This document shows positions 48,861 to 60,400 of a DNA stretch of 64,000 nucleotides, piece by piece. The notes under the pieces were generated by a model. That model ran no database searches, was not told where the DNA came from, and saw only the letters and a program-made list of their open reading frames with translations. Location: positions 2,535,748 through 2,599,747 of the forward strand of contig MU059781.1 of NCBI GenBank assembly GCA_013265495.1, in the 5' to 3' direction. A program made the translations under genes and the position numbers. This stretch comes from Vicugna vicugna. Its lineage: Eukaryota. Position 1 is the first letter of the stretch. Every line of letters starts with the position of its first letter.

Positions 48861-50539
48861 AGACTAGATTATGCCAACAATAAGAGTAAAAGCCTAAAAA
48901 AACTTGGAAAATCAAGTGGTTTATGTCCCTTAACACACGTGCACGTGACTCCCATTCTAGAACCTTGCTTTCTCGGGAGCTGGTGCTCAGAGGAACTCAC
49001 AAAAACACCCCCTCAAAGGCCAAAGCACAACTACGCTCCTACGTGCTCAGCACTCAGCATCCTTTTGACACCACCTGGGGGCCCCACCCTGCAGAGAACA
49101 ATATCGAGCCAAGACTAAAATCAAACTATCGCAGTATTTGCTGTAAGCAAATTAATCATTCAAGAGTTGTTCGTTGAGTGACTACTATGTGCAGAGACTG
49201 GCAACACGCTCCCATTCATCTCTTAAATGTACCAGGATCACTGACAACGAAGCCCATTTTTTAAAAATCAAATTAATACAGTTTGATAGAATGTTTATTT
49301 TTAATTCTACCTTCTTCAAAGCACAGGTAGTGGGTAGAATGTACCTTCTGTCAAAAGTCCCCTCCTCTGGACAAAGTCACAGTTTCATGTATAAATCCCC
49401 AATTTGTCCAGATGTTTAACATGTAGCTCCTAAAATAATTGCTCCAAAAATGACCACAGTTTTCAGAAGTCCCAGAAGACGGTCTCTTCTCTTCTCACCA
49501 CGCCCACCCTGACCCAGGCTCGAGGGTCAGCCAGCGGCCTCTTTACTGGGCTCCTCCCAGCTCTGCCCGCCCCTCCCCACTGGGCACCACTAACAGGATG
49601 ATGACGGGTCACCACGAATCCCCGACTCTCCACCGGTACCAGTCCCACTGCCGGAAGGTCCTCCCATCACCTACCATCTGAAGCCTGCCATCAAGACCAG
49701 CCTCAGCCTCAGCACTTCTGTCCCTCTCCAACCACGGTCCTAGACAGCCCTCTCCCCCTCACTACAGTCCTTCCGGGGACTGCAGTATCAGAGTGCACAT
49801 CCTGGGACAGACACTTCTCTGATTGAGCATTCCATGATTCATCTCTGCTGGTGACAACTACAGTGAGAAGGACCTCGGGCTTGGGAGTGGGAGGAGTGGG
49901 CTGGCAGGACAGGAGTTGTGGTTCGGTGGTCCAGCAGGCAGAGAGGCAGGAACCAGGTCATTTGCACCAGGGCCTTTTCACCACCTTCCTGTCTTTGGGG
50001 GAGAACCCTGGACGGGAGACAGCAGGAGAGACAGGCAGCCTATGCATCCCGGATGCCTCAGGCCTGGTCCAGGGTTGGGAGTGAGGGCACAGATGCTGGT
50101 TCCTCCCTGGGCCTCCCTCCACCACCTCAAGGTGCTTTCATCCCCGGCCGCACCTTCTCAGCCCTCAGGTTACTGGAGCCACTCCACCAGGGGGCCTGAG
50201 GGCCTGGGAATCTTCCCCCCAGGGCAGCCCTGCCCAGTGAAGGATGGGTGCTGGGGTAATTCAGAGACATAATTAACATTCCAAGATTCTTCCACAGAGC
50301 TGGGCTGAAGCCACCCCTGGGGCCTCCTCCTGAAACACACCCTCGCCTGGGGACCTCGGCTCCCTGGCCTGAGTCTTCTGCTCCCTCACCGTCTCCCCAG
50401 GGAGCGAGTCCCAAAAAATCACAGGTGCAGGAGGCCTACTTCTGGGGAGCTGGGCCTTGACTCCTCCTGTACTGTGTCTCACTGACCACACTGGATGGCG
50501 AGCAGCCAAGGTCTACAAGCAGACTTTGCTCATAACCAT

Positions 50540-50720
50540 CTCCTCCCTTACTGGGCCCTCCCTGCGCTCCGAGCACCACGCTGGGAGGCCTCGGCCCATT
50601 CTCTCTCAATTCCTCAGAACAAGCCTACGGAACGGTATCCCTGTTTCACAGATCAGAACACTGAGGCTGAGGAATGGGGCAACTGGCCCAAGGAGACAAG
50701 CAGGGCCAGGCCCTGCTCCC
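50540..50720 (-). mobile_element. MIR SINE
   Basis: aattcctcagaacaagcct...atccctgtttcacagatcagaacactgaggct...caactggcccaagg. Confidence 0.7.
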
Positions 50721-52142
50721 TGCGTGTGTAACCATCATTCTAGACTGCACCCACCATGTGCCCACCCCAGGGCCTCCAGATCACACTTGCTCGGCATTCT
50801 TTACTGACTGCTCCGAGTGGGAGAACCCTCAAAGTAACCAGAAAGAAGCCTCAGAACAAGCAGACTGCAAAGGGAAATAACCAATTTTACCAAAATCTAA
50901 AGTAATCGACTTAGGGGTTGGGGGGGATTTAAAAACAGTTGGCCTTAAGATCATGGATTTCCATCATCCCTCCCGACCCTCCAAAGCCCTGGGTAGAAAG
51001 TAGGCCTGAGGCCCCTGTGGCTGATCTGATCCAACTTTGTAACTTTGTTGCTTCCACTCTTCCCCTCGTTACAGAGGAGTTTACCTTCTTCATTCCCTCT
51101 GCCCGCCCAAACAGACCAGGTGAGAATTTTTATAGAAATGTTCTTTGTACACATATAAAAAGTAAAGGGGGAAAAAGGTGAATACTGGGCTTTTCCGGCT
51201 GTCAGGAAACGGCATCTATAAAACCGAATTCAAAACATAGATATTGTGGGTCATAGGAAACTGTACCACAGAGCAGCATATAAAATTCTTCTGAAAATCA
51301 ATTAAAAATTTGCCCCTTTGTTTGCTTCTTTCATTGGAGAGTGGTTCTATGAGCTAGTTTAGTAGGTGGTTATCAATGTATTTTAACAGCAACACAGCAC
51401 CCTTATCAAAAACACTGGACACTGCTCATCTAAAAGAAAAAAGAAAAGAAAGGTCCATTGTGTTTACTAAGCTTGCTGCCCCTCTTAGATACCATTGTTT
51501 GGGGCTTAAATTGCGAGTCTATGGAGTAGGACCTGTGGCCCTTCCCTTCCTTGTGCAGACGCGGCAGTGCCCAGTGGGCGGGGACGGGGCGGGGATGGGG
51601 GCAGTGGTGCGTCTACGAAGCAGCACTGAGAGGCAAGGGGAGCTGCAGAGGGGGTGCCGTGCCCAGTGGCCAAGCCAGAGGCAGGAAGGGAAAAATGGGG
51701 GACCAGAGAGGCAGCTTAAGGAAGTACGTATACTGAGGACCATGGGAGTCCTGATTATGTTTCTCATCATCAGAAAAGGAATCTATGAATATTGAAAGGA
51801 GAAGGCAAAACAGAAAATTGATGTGTTAGATCAGAATGAGATGCCTCAGTGTGCACTCACTTTATAATACGTGTACAGGGATAAATACTGACATAGGTGG
51901 GTGCATGTGTCTGTGTACGAACAAGCTCTTGGGCCTCTAAATCTCACCCTCCACTAAAAGGAACAAGAGCCCCTTGGAGAAATGGCGATTCCTAGTCTGG
52001 GGCCATGAGCCTGGAACGTCTGGTGACACAACGTAAGGAACAGCTAAAAGAATAATGGGGACATGACAGGTGCACTCTGAAGAGGTTCCCACTGGTCAAA
52101 CATGTAGCACCAAAACTAGATAATGGTAATAACAGGCAGCCC

Positions 52143-52628
52143 TGTGATGGAATACTACTAAGCAATAAAAAAGAATGAAATCTTGCCATTTGTGACATGG
52201 ATGGATCTTGAAGACATTGTGCTAAATGCAGTAAGTCCAAAAGAGTAAGATAAATACCACACGATTTCACTTACATGTGGAATCTAAAAAACAAAACAAG
52301 CAGACAAAACAAAAGCCAGACTCAGGTATAGGGAACAGATTGGTGGTCACCAGAGGAGAGCAGTAGAGGGGTGGGGGGTGGGGGGGAATAAATGGGTGAA
52401 GGGGATCAAGAAGTGCAAACTTCCAGCTATGAAATATGTAAGTCATGGGGACGTGATGTACAGCCTGGGGAATACAGTCAATGAGACTGTATTAACTTTA
52501 TATGGTGACAGGTGGCAACCAGACTTACTGTGGTGATTCTTTTGCAGTGTATACAAATGTCAAATCACTATGTCGTACACATAAAACCAACATAATATTG
52601 TATGTCAATTATGCTTCAGTAAAAAAAT
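52143..52628 (+). mobile_element. L1MA9-like 3' end
   Basis: atggaatactactaagcaataaaaaagaatgaaatcttgccatttgtgaca...cacttacatgtggaatctaaaaaacaaaacaa...aacttccagctatgaaata...aatattgtatgtcaattatgcttcag. Confidence 0.92.
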
Positions 52629-52654
52629 CTGCCCATTAAATCACATGAATTCAT

Positions 52655-52811
52655 GCATCCATTTGTATATATGTGAATATTATGTATTATATATATTATA
52701 TATGGATATTACATATGTGACTATTATATATATAACAGTCATATATATAATATAATATATATAATAGTCATATGTAATAGTCATTTATATATAGATGAAT
52801 GTGTGTATATA

Positions 52812-52866
<55 letters not shown>
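52655..52866. repeat. AT-rich low-complexity tract ending in (TG)n(TA)n
   Basis: Direct reading; contains an internal inverted repeat (see findings). Confidence 0.9.
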
Positions 52867-52872
<6 letters not shown>

Positions 52873-53504
52873 AGCAAATAAATGGAGAAAGGAAATTCTG
52901 CTTACAATGGAATGTCAGCAGAAGGCAGAGGAATGATAAAAATACAAAATCGTCATTTGACAACCATCAGGGGTGGCTGATTCAGGAGGCAGTCATCTGT
53001 GGAGACTTAGGCTGGTGGGAACCGGATATTGATGTGGTCACCTCACAAAATCCTTATCAGTTATGAAGGGAAAATGGGAACTTTTTGTTGAGAAACATCT
53101 CCAGTGATGAGACAGCTGACAACTGCTCAGTGCACAGCATCATCTCTATAGGATTCCTGCCAAGAATGCATGGCCTGAGTCTGGACAGGAGGAGCTATCA
53201 GACAGACCCAGGGGTGGGCCACCCTACAGAATGAAAGACCAGTACCCTTTCCATTCAAGGTCCTGAAAGCAAGGGAAAGACTGAAGAACCAATCCAGATC
53301 AAAAGACACTGTAGACACTTGACCTCTAAATGCAACACATGACCCTGAATTGTATTCTGGACCAGAAAGAAAGAAGTGGCATCGCTGGGACAGTTGGCAA
53401 ATGAAACTGGAGTCTGGGATGAAGTGACAGCACATGAAAGGGACTTGGATGGTTGTGTAGAAGTGTCCTCGCTTGTAATAAACTATAATGGAAAATACAT
53501 TTTT

Positions 53505-53612
53505 TAAAGAATTTAGATATATACACATACATGTGTATAACCAAATCACTTTGCTGTACACCTGAAACTAACACAACACTGAAAATCAACTATACTTCAA
53601 TAAAAATAAAAT
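53505..53612 (+). mobile_element. Short artiodactyl-type L1 3' tail
   Basis: gtataaccaaatcactttgctgtacacctgaaactaacacaacactgaaaatcaactatacttcaataaaaa. Confidence 0.88.
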
Positions 53613-53809
53613 TTTGATATAGTTGATACAGTTTTTTAAATAGATTGTTTTTTTTAAAAAAAAGCCAAATGGGAAAGGAAAAAAATAAATGGTTTAGAAA
53701 ATAGCTGAAATACAATTCCAAAGGGCTCCCTCAGAAGCCAAACCCAACTCCGCACATCACTGTCAGGAAGGAGGACTGCCAGACGCGTGTGGATGCAGAT
53801 GCTGCTGCA

Positions 53810-53869
53810 GCAAAATGACCTCCATCCACCTCTGAAACAAGGACTCATCAGTCACAGGCCCTCCGTTAC
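53810..53869 (+). repeat. 60-bp dispersed direct repeat, copy 1
   Basis: 58/60 identical to 54315-54374. Confidence 0.95.
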
Positions 53870-53874
53870 AGCTC

Positions 53875-53990
53875 TGCTCTCGGGCGCATTAGCTGCCTTC
53901 TGAGCCTCGGTTTGGTCGTGTGTCATGGGGATCATCACACCTATCTCACCAGTTGTTATGAAGATTGGGGGGACCATCTAGGAGCAGACC
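53875..53990 (+). mobile_element. MIR fragment
   Basis: ccttctgagcctcggttt...gtgtgtcatggggatcatcacacctatctcaccagttgttatgaagatt. Confidence 0.65.
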
Positions 53991-54314
53991 ACGTAGGGTC
54001 AGTTGTTGATGCAAACTTCTCACTGAGAACTCACTATCACTCTGGATTTACGCTGAGCATCAGTGAGGTTTTGGATTCCTGAAAGCTTAACTTTCACCCC
54101 TGAGTTTGTCACTTAACAGTCTGTATTTAAAGAAAAGAAAGCAATCCAAAAACTGTTGCAATTAGGCATTGGGATCATTATATGCAGAAAATGGGATAAA
54201 AGGGACTTCAGGCACGTTTATGATTCTGATATGCGGTGAGACGCCCACTGTTTAAACAAATTCGTAACTTGCTGATTGGTATTTATTTACCCTGTGCTGG
54301 GCAGAATGTGCACG

Positions 54315-54374
54315 GCAAAATGACCTCCATCCACTTCTGAAACAAGGACTCATCAGTCACAGGCCCTCTGTTAC
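54315..54374 (+). repeat. 60-bp dispersed direct repeat, copy 2
   Basis: 58/60 identical to 53810-53869. Confidence 0.95.
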
Positions 54375-54780
54375 GCCCTGAAATTTATGACATCTCAAAT
54401 AAAATGCCTGTTTCTGACATCTGCCGGCCTTGTGATGGGGTTTCAGTATTGACCAATATTGACTTGTCCGTTTTTTTGACTGCAAGCTCCTCAAAATCCA
54501 TCTTTGTAACCCACAGAGGTCGCCAGCAATGGGTCCAGAATTTCTATATAGGAGAGGATGAGATTAAAAGGGGGAAATTCAGGAACTTGTCTTGAAGGAG
54601 TGTTTTTGGTTTTTTTTATATAGCCAGTACATCTTTGAGGCAAGTTTAACAAAAATAGCAAAGTTCCTTTAGAATTTCACACAGAATTGAAAAACAACAT
54701 TTGTTCAGATTAAAAGATATTATGAAGATTACTATTATCACTGCCAGGTAGCTTTAGCAAGGGCTTTTGGAGACAATGAC

Positions 54781-54916
54781 GGGGGAAGAGGGTGTAGCTC
54801 AGTGGTAGAGTAGCTGCCTAGTTTGCACAAAGCCCTAGGTTCAATCCCCAGCACCTCCATTAAAAACTAAATAAATAAGTAAACCTAATTACCACCCGCC
54901 CAAGAAAGAGCGAGAG
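54781..54916 (+). mobile_element. Camelid tRNA-Ala-derived SINE (Vic-1-like)
   Basis: A box TAGCTCAGTGG 54795-54805, B box GGTTCAATCC 54838-54847, tail taaataaataagtaaacctaattacc; TSD tggagacaatgac (54768-54780) / tggagtcaatgac (54917-54929). Confidence 0.92.
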
Positions 54917-56016
54917 TGGAGTCAATGACGGTGACAAACCCACCCTTGAGCTGGGCCACAGTCCTCAGCTTACTCTCATGCCAGCCCACCCCTGTCTTGC
55001 CAGCTGCGTTTTAAAGATGTTTAGACTCAGCTCCCAACCCATCACAAGGCAGAGTTGGTCGCTGCGCCTTCACTATGCTGTTAGGTGCTTCTCCGTCTAT
55101 CCTGAGACTCACACTCAGGAAAGAAGGCAAGCCGCGTGAGAAATAAAGGCAAATTCAGCCCAAAGAAGGTGAACGACTCATCACAGCTACGGAGTCCTGG
55201 TGGCGAGGGACTGCAGGAGGAACTGCAGGGACGGGGCCAGCGGGGATTCCTGTGGAAGGAGCCCGGGGAGGCGCCAGGTCAGCAGACTCAGCGCTCGTTG
55301 TTGCTCGCTGCTGATTGAAAACAAAGGGCAAGGTAAATGTTATTTCAGATCCTCTTGCCGAGACAGACGATTCAAGTGTTAAGGGGAGCCCTCTCAGTAT
55401 TTTAAAATTGATGACACCCCCCCCAAGGAGTCCAAGTGATGGAGCGCCCCCCCACCACCCACCACCAGATGCCCACGCTCCACCCTTCGTTCTTTCCAGG
55501 GACTCCTCATAGCCTTGACTTGCCCGTCTCTCTGATGATCTTTCCAGCAAGAATGGAAGCAGGAAAAGCAGGCTTTGGGAGGTTCTGGCAAGTTGACCCA
55601 AGGGCGGGGCCACCTCCGAGGGCCACCCTGCATCCACAGTTCTGGTGTGTGGGTGCCGGACCAGGTGCCCTGGGGGAGGCATGAGCCCCCGGGGTGCAGC
55701 CTCTCAGGAGCCATAATTGGTTCTCAGAGGGCCTTTGAGTCCACAGCCAGACTTCTTGAAAGAACAGAGCTGTTTGAAGCTCAGAGCATTCTCTCCCATC
55801 CACAGAAGCCATCCTGCAGATCTGAAACACTTAACTCACTGATCATTAATCATGAGGAACAGGTTTTGTGGCCAGTACTCCCGCACAAACACCCAGCTGC
55901 CATTAACTTGTACTGCAGATGTCGATGGGTGCGAAGGCTGGGCTCTGAGCACCAGAAATGAGTTCCTCTCAGCTTGGGGGACGATGAGGTGAAAAGAGAG
56001 ATTTATGCAATGTAAG

Positions 56017-56036
56017 CTCTCTCTCTCTCTCTCTCT
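56017..56036. repeat. (CT)10 microsatellite
   Basis: Direct reading. Confidence 0.95.
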
Positions 56037-56989
56037 TTTCTTTCTTCCTTGGATTTTTCTCTATCTTGAGTAAAGTTCGGTTTTTAGAAGATCAAGCCCG
56101 GTTGTAAACACAGTCTTTAAAACCTTTGCACTGCTTTACTGCAGAATTTATGATTTGTTTACATTTGAGGCGAGGAGCGGGCGAGAGGGGTAATCCTGGG
56201 GCCTCTGGTAGACTACTCAAAAGAAAAAAGGGAATGCGGGACACACGAATAAAAATACTTCCTTGTTCCATCCATGATTTGTAGGTGCAGAATTCTCCCA
56301 AAGAGAAAGGTCATGCCCTAAGGAAATTGGCCCAGCTGGCCCTTTGTCACCATTAGAATAAACCCCTGACATCTTAAAAGAAGCTTCCAGAAATCCACAG
56401 ATTGCAGGATTTGGAAACTGCATGTGAGAGAGCCAATGAGGCAGGTGCCTCAGGTGTTGCCTTCTGGGAACTGAAGGACCAATAAAGGAGAGGAATGAAA
56501 ATACCTGGGTTCTGGTGAAAACACGCACCCGCTCCCGACTCACACCTCCTGGAGAGGCGACCTCCAGCAGACGGCACGCTCCACCCCAGTCCTCACCAGC
56601 CACGTGGCGACACTGGTGCTCGCCACTCAAAGGTGCAGTGAGAACGAGAGACGGCAAGTGGAAGCACTAGACGATGTTAGTCCTACAAGATGTAGAATAT
56701 ATTCTTGCTAGTAACAGTGATAATGGCAACGATAAATAGTTTCAAAACCAACTCTCAGTCTCTGCTCTAGAAAGAATGGGTTTTGGAAGTAGAGAAATAG
56801 TCCCCTTTCCTTATCTGGCCACCCAGGAGGACAGCTGCAGCTTCTGCAGGGCGGCCTCACCCGCAGGCGTTCCCCGCGCAAGGTGAGCCTGAGACGTCTT
56901 CCTTCGGAGGGAGCGCTGAGGTCACGGGGCTGGGGGCATCGCCGTGTCAGTGGCAGAGGATCACTGGCGTGGGTGAGGTCGGGAAAACT

Positions 56990-57125
56990 GGGTTCCATCT
57001 GGGGTCTGTCACTATCTCTGAATTTTCAGCGAAGTTACTTGATCTCTTTGGATCCCTCCAAAGTTTAGGTCGGAGATAAACCATAGGTTTCCTAAGTCGT
57101 TCCCAGTTCTAGAATCCTATGACTC
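56990..57125 (+). mobile_element. MIR3/MIRc-like fragment
   Basis: gcgaagttacttgatctct...tttcctaagtcgttcccagttctagaatcctatgact. Confidence 0.5.
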
Positions 57126-57647
57126 TCTATCAGGCAATAAGAAGATAAATCAAAAATAATAAATAGTTAACTTCAGGATAGTTTTTTTTTTTTCCAGGAT
57201 AGGTTACACGTTAAGTAACAAAATGGATTCGGCTGAGATGGATTGCGAACCAACATCAAGCAAGAATTAACTTGGGTTTTGTTGAGAGTTTTAACTTACT
57301 CTACAACTCATATCTACACTAGGCTTGTCAGCCACTCTTATTGTTTGAAAGACAAGACTAAAAATCTTCAATTATTGATTTAAAGAATTTGAGTAATACT
57401 GTTTGGCTTTTTACCAGACATCTTAAAGAGAGAATGTATCAATATTTGGATTAAACAAACAAACAAAACAGATGTAAGAACATCTGTGCCCTGTCGGTTA
57501 TTAAGATAGTCCCCGTTTCAGAATGAGGTAGATTTTGTTGCCAGCATAAAGCTGCCCTGGTGTCCAGCAGGAAGAAGTAGAAACAATTTGAATTCATATA
57601 TGTTCTAGGCTTCTTAAGGCTTCTTTGAATCTAAAATGCATTACCTA

Positions 57648-57772
57648 GGAAGGGAGCGTATAGCTCAGTGGTAGAGCGTGTGCTTAGCATGCAGAGGTCC
57701 TGGGTTCAATCCCCGGTACCTTCACTAAAAATAAATAAATAAACCTAATTACCCCTGCCTAAAAATTAATAA
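57648..57772 (+). mobile_element. Camelid tRNA-Ala-derived SINE (Vic-1-like)
   Basis: A box TAGCTCAGTGG 57661-57671, tRNA-Ala(AGC)-like GTGCTTAGCATGCA, B box GGTTCAATCC 57703-57712, tail aaataaataaataaacctaattacc. Confidence 0.92.
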
Positions 57773-58459
57773 ATTAAAGATGTGACCTAAAGTTGACTGG
57801 ACGAGGTCACATAGTTTGGAGGGAACTGCTTATCAGGTTTAGATTGTATCACCTAATCCCAAAGCACGAAGGATTCAATGTGAGTGGGAAACTGTAACAA
57901 TAATATATAATTACATTACTGTCTAATAATACATATATGCTGTACAAGTTCCGAGCACCCTCTCTGACCTTGATCTATAGCCTGCCAAGCTTCGGGGGAG
58001 CTGAAAGCGCCAAGCAAGCCTGAGAAGGTATAAATGACTTCTGGGATGTTTTCAGGCTGCAGGTTTAGGATGCATTTTGCCGTTGCCTAATTTCTGGAAG
58101 CTGCACCATCTGCTCATGAGGGCACCATTCATTCGTGCCTCATAAGCCACATGCCAGTCTGTGGAAGGTGCCCGCTGGGCAAAGGGGACTGGCGAGTCCT
58201 ACCCACTTTCCCGCGGGTGAATCTGTGGCCGAGGACTTTGTCTGGGGACAGCAGGGTGCTAAGTGAGCGCTCCTGCTCACAGGTTCTCTGACGTGAGTGG
58301 GGAAGATCCGCAGGACGAGGTCAAGCGAGGTGTCAAGTCCCTCAAGAACAAGAGGCCTCCGTCGGCAGGGCAGGCAGGGAACGCACGCTAACAGTGGAAA
58401 ACTCACTTTCTTGCCCCAAAAGACGTCCCCATGTACTTCCTTTAATAAAACAAGTGACT

Positions 58460-58555
58460 CAGGAGTGACTGAGGACTTTTGTCTGCCTGGGGCACTGCTA
58501 GAAGAGTGCCTGGCACGCAGGAGATGTTCAAAACTTGTTGAATGTGGGTGGAATG
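58460..58555 (+). mobile_element. L2 3' tail
   Basis: ctagaagagtgcctggcacgcaggagatgttcaaaacttgttgaatg. Confidence 0.7.
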
Positions 58556-58862
58556 GTCTTAACACATAAAACATGGCTATTAAAAAAGTAAAATTTCACC
58601 TCAGTCTTGGAACTTGATTCATTAACACAAGGCCCCAAGCATGCCCACATTATGGATTTAGCGGGTATTTTGGCTGCAAGGAGCCTTATTTAGTACAATT
58701 ACCTTACCTCACAGATGCAGCATCTGGGACCTAAGCTCCCTACATGATTATAGCAGAAGCACAGGACTGGGAGTCAGAGACAGACTCCAGGCCTGCTGTC
58801 TGCCTCTCTGCTCTTCAGCCGGAAGTTCGTCTGTAAACCTCTCCAGGCAGGCAGCAGGCAAT

Positions 58863-59035
58863 GCGGTGTGCTGGTTAGGACTACGGGCTCTGAGTAACTT
58901 TGGGACTCACCCCCGCTAGCTATGTGGCCTGGATGTCTCTGAGCCTCAATTTTCCCTCCCTGTAAAATGGAGCTAATGATAGCACCTACCACATTTCACT
59001 GTTGTAAGGAGTAAATAAGGGAAAGCATGTAATCC
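58863..59035 (+). mobile_element. MIR SINE
   Basis: ggttaggactacgggctctg...ctctgagcctcaattttccctccctgtaaaatggagctaatgatagcacctacc. Confidence 0.8.
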
Positions 59036-59929
59036 CACTGCCTCTGCGGAACCAAGAAGAGGAGGATGATTCTCTGTGTAAAGATAAATTGTACCGTACA
59101 CGCAATCCCGGCCAGCCCAAGGAACTTTGTGCTCCCAGGACACTGTGAAGAAATCATAACCCTCATCAGAAGCCACACATGCATCTGAGAGACACCAGAG
59201 CCAATCTCTGCTGGCGGACAGTGCCTTCTCCTAGGCATCTCCCAGCCACGGAGGAGAGGAACCGAGTATGACCACCCCCTGCTGCAGAAGCCTGTTTGGG
59301 AGGAAAAATTACCCAAGGAAGTGACAAAAAGGCAAAGTGGAGTGTAAGAGCGTAATTGCAAGATATTCCTAAACTCCAACACTAAAACAAAAGGATTCCT
59401 GAGTAACGTAAACTTTACACAGCGTCTAAGAGCAGGACTCATGGGTTTCACAGGAGGAAGAGTTCCCATTGCATTTGCCTGCAGCAGGTTTTAAAATCTT
59501 TATTAAATATTTTTCTGCAACCTTCTCACCTGCTGTTCCCCCTCCTCCACCCCAAGCATCTGTCTCTGCTCCTAACCCAGGAATGCCTGGTTCTGTTGGC
59601 TCCACCCTTTTTATGGTGGATTTTTCCTCTTCTGATCCCCAACTTCAAATCCTCCTTCCCTCCACTGTGCAGAGCTGGTCAGCTCCAGCCCTCTCAGAGT
59701 CCAAACCTGGCTCATTTCCAAAGATGGCGCCAGCAAGATGGCACCCATCTAACACCACCCAGCATCGTTAGAAGGCAGCTGTGGTTACAGACAGCAACAT
59801 TTTCCTCATTACATCTCAACATACTGCTTGTAGCCTATGGTGGACAGACTTACAGACCAACCCAGCATTATCTGACCTCTTTTCCACTGAATCCACGTGT
59901 CTCTTCTGGTACCTACCCTCCGCCATGCA

Positions 59930-60400
59930 GTCCTCCACTTCAGTGAAAGCTGACATTTATTCCAGCTCCAGTGGTGAACCCATTCATCTGAGCCAATGGG
60001 ACCAGTCTCATCACCTTTTACAAAATGCTTGATTCAGGGGTGGGTGTGTAACTAATCAGGGCCAATGATAAGTGACAGGAGATTTTCTGTGAGTTTCTGA
60101 GAAGGGAATTTCCTCGCTCTTCTGAGAGAGCTACAGGATGCCAGCTCTCCTCTGCTGGACAAGAAGGAGCCTTAACCCTGACTCCTACCAGCTGCCATCC
60201 TACAGTCCAAGATGAAGCAGCTTGGGACTGGCAGAGGGAAATAACTGGAGAAACCTGCATCTCAGACTAAGTTTTTGAGCCTCTGGACCTCTAGCCTAAA
60301 ACCAGTGCTACCTCTGATGGCCTATGACTTGACCAACTACCTGGTTAAGCCAGTTTCAGCTGAGGTTTTTATTTCTCATAGTCAAAAGCATCCTGAGACA
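59930..60400 (+). mobile_element. Old MaLR LTR (MLT1J/K-like)
   Basis: ggggtgggtgtgtaactaatcagggccaatga...ccagctgccatcctacag...ttgagcctctggac...ggttaagccagtttcagctgaggttttt...caaaagcatcctga. Confidence 0.7.

Larger units (their letters stand above)
51700..53500 (+). mobile_element. L1MC-like 3' UTR, interrupted by a younger L1 and a TA-rich repeat
   Basis: actaaaaggaacaagagccccttggagaaatggc...ttcctagtctgggg and ttcctgccaagaatgcatggcctgagtct...aaagcaagggaaagactgaagaac...ctaaatgcaacacatgaccctgaattg. Confidence 0.78.

Noticed and set aside
57648-57724. tRNA-Ala gene
   Set aside because: The acceptor stem is imperfect, there is no T-run terminator, and it carries the same A-rich ...aaacctaattacc tail as the 54781 copy, which identifies a SINE.
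58283-59350. Protein-like short frames (FSDVSGEDPQDEVKRG..., LRNQEEEDDSLCKDK..., EYDHPLLQKPVWEEK...)
   Set aside because: Interrupted by stops, no consistent splice sites, and no recognisable parent protein.
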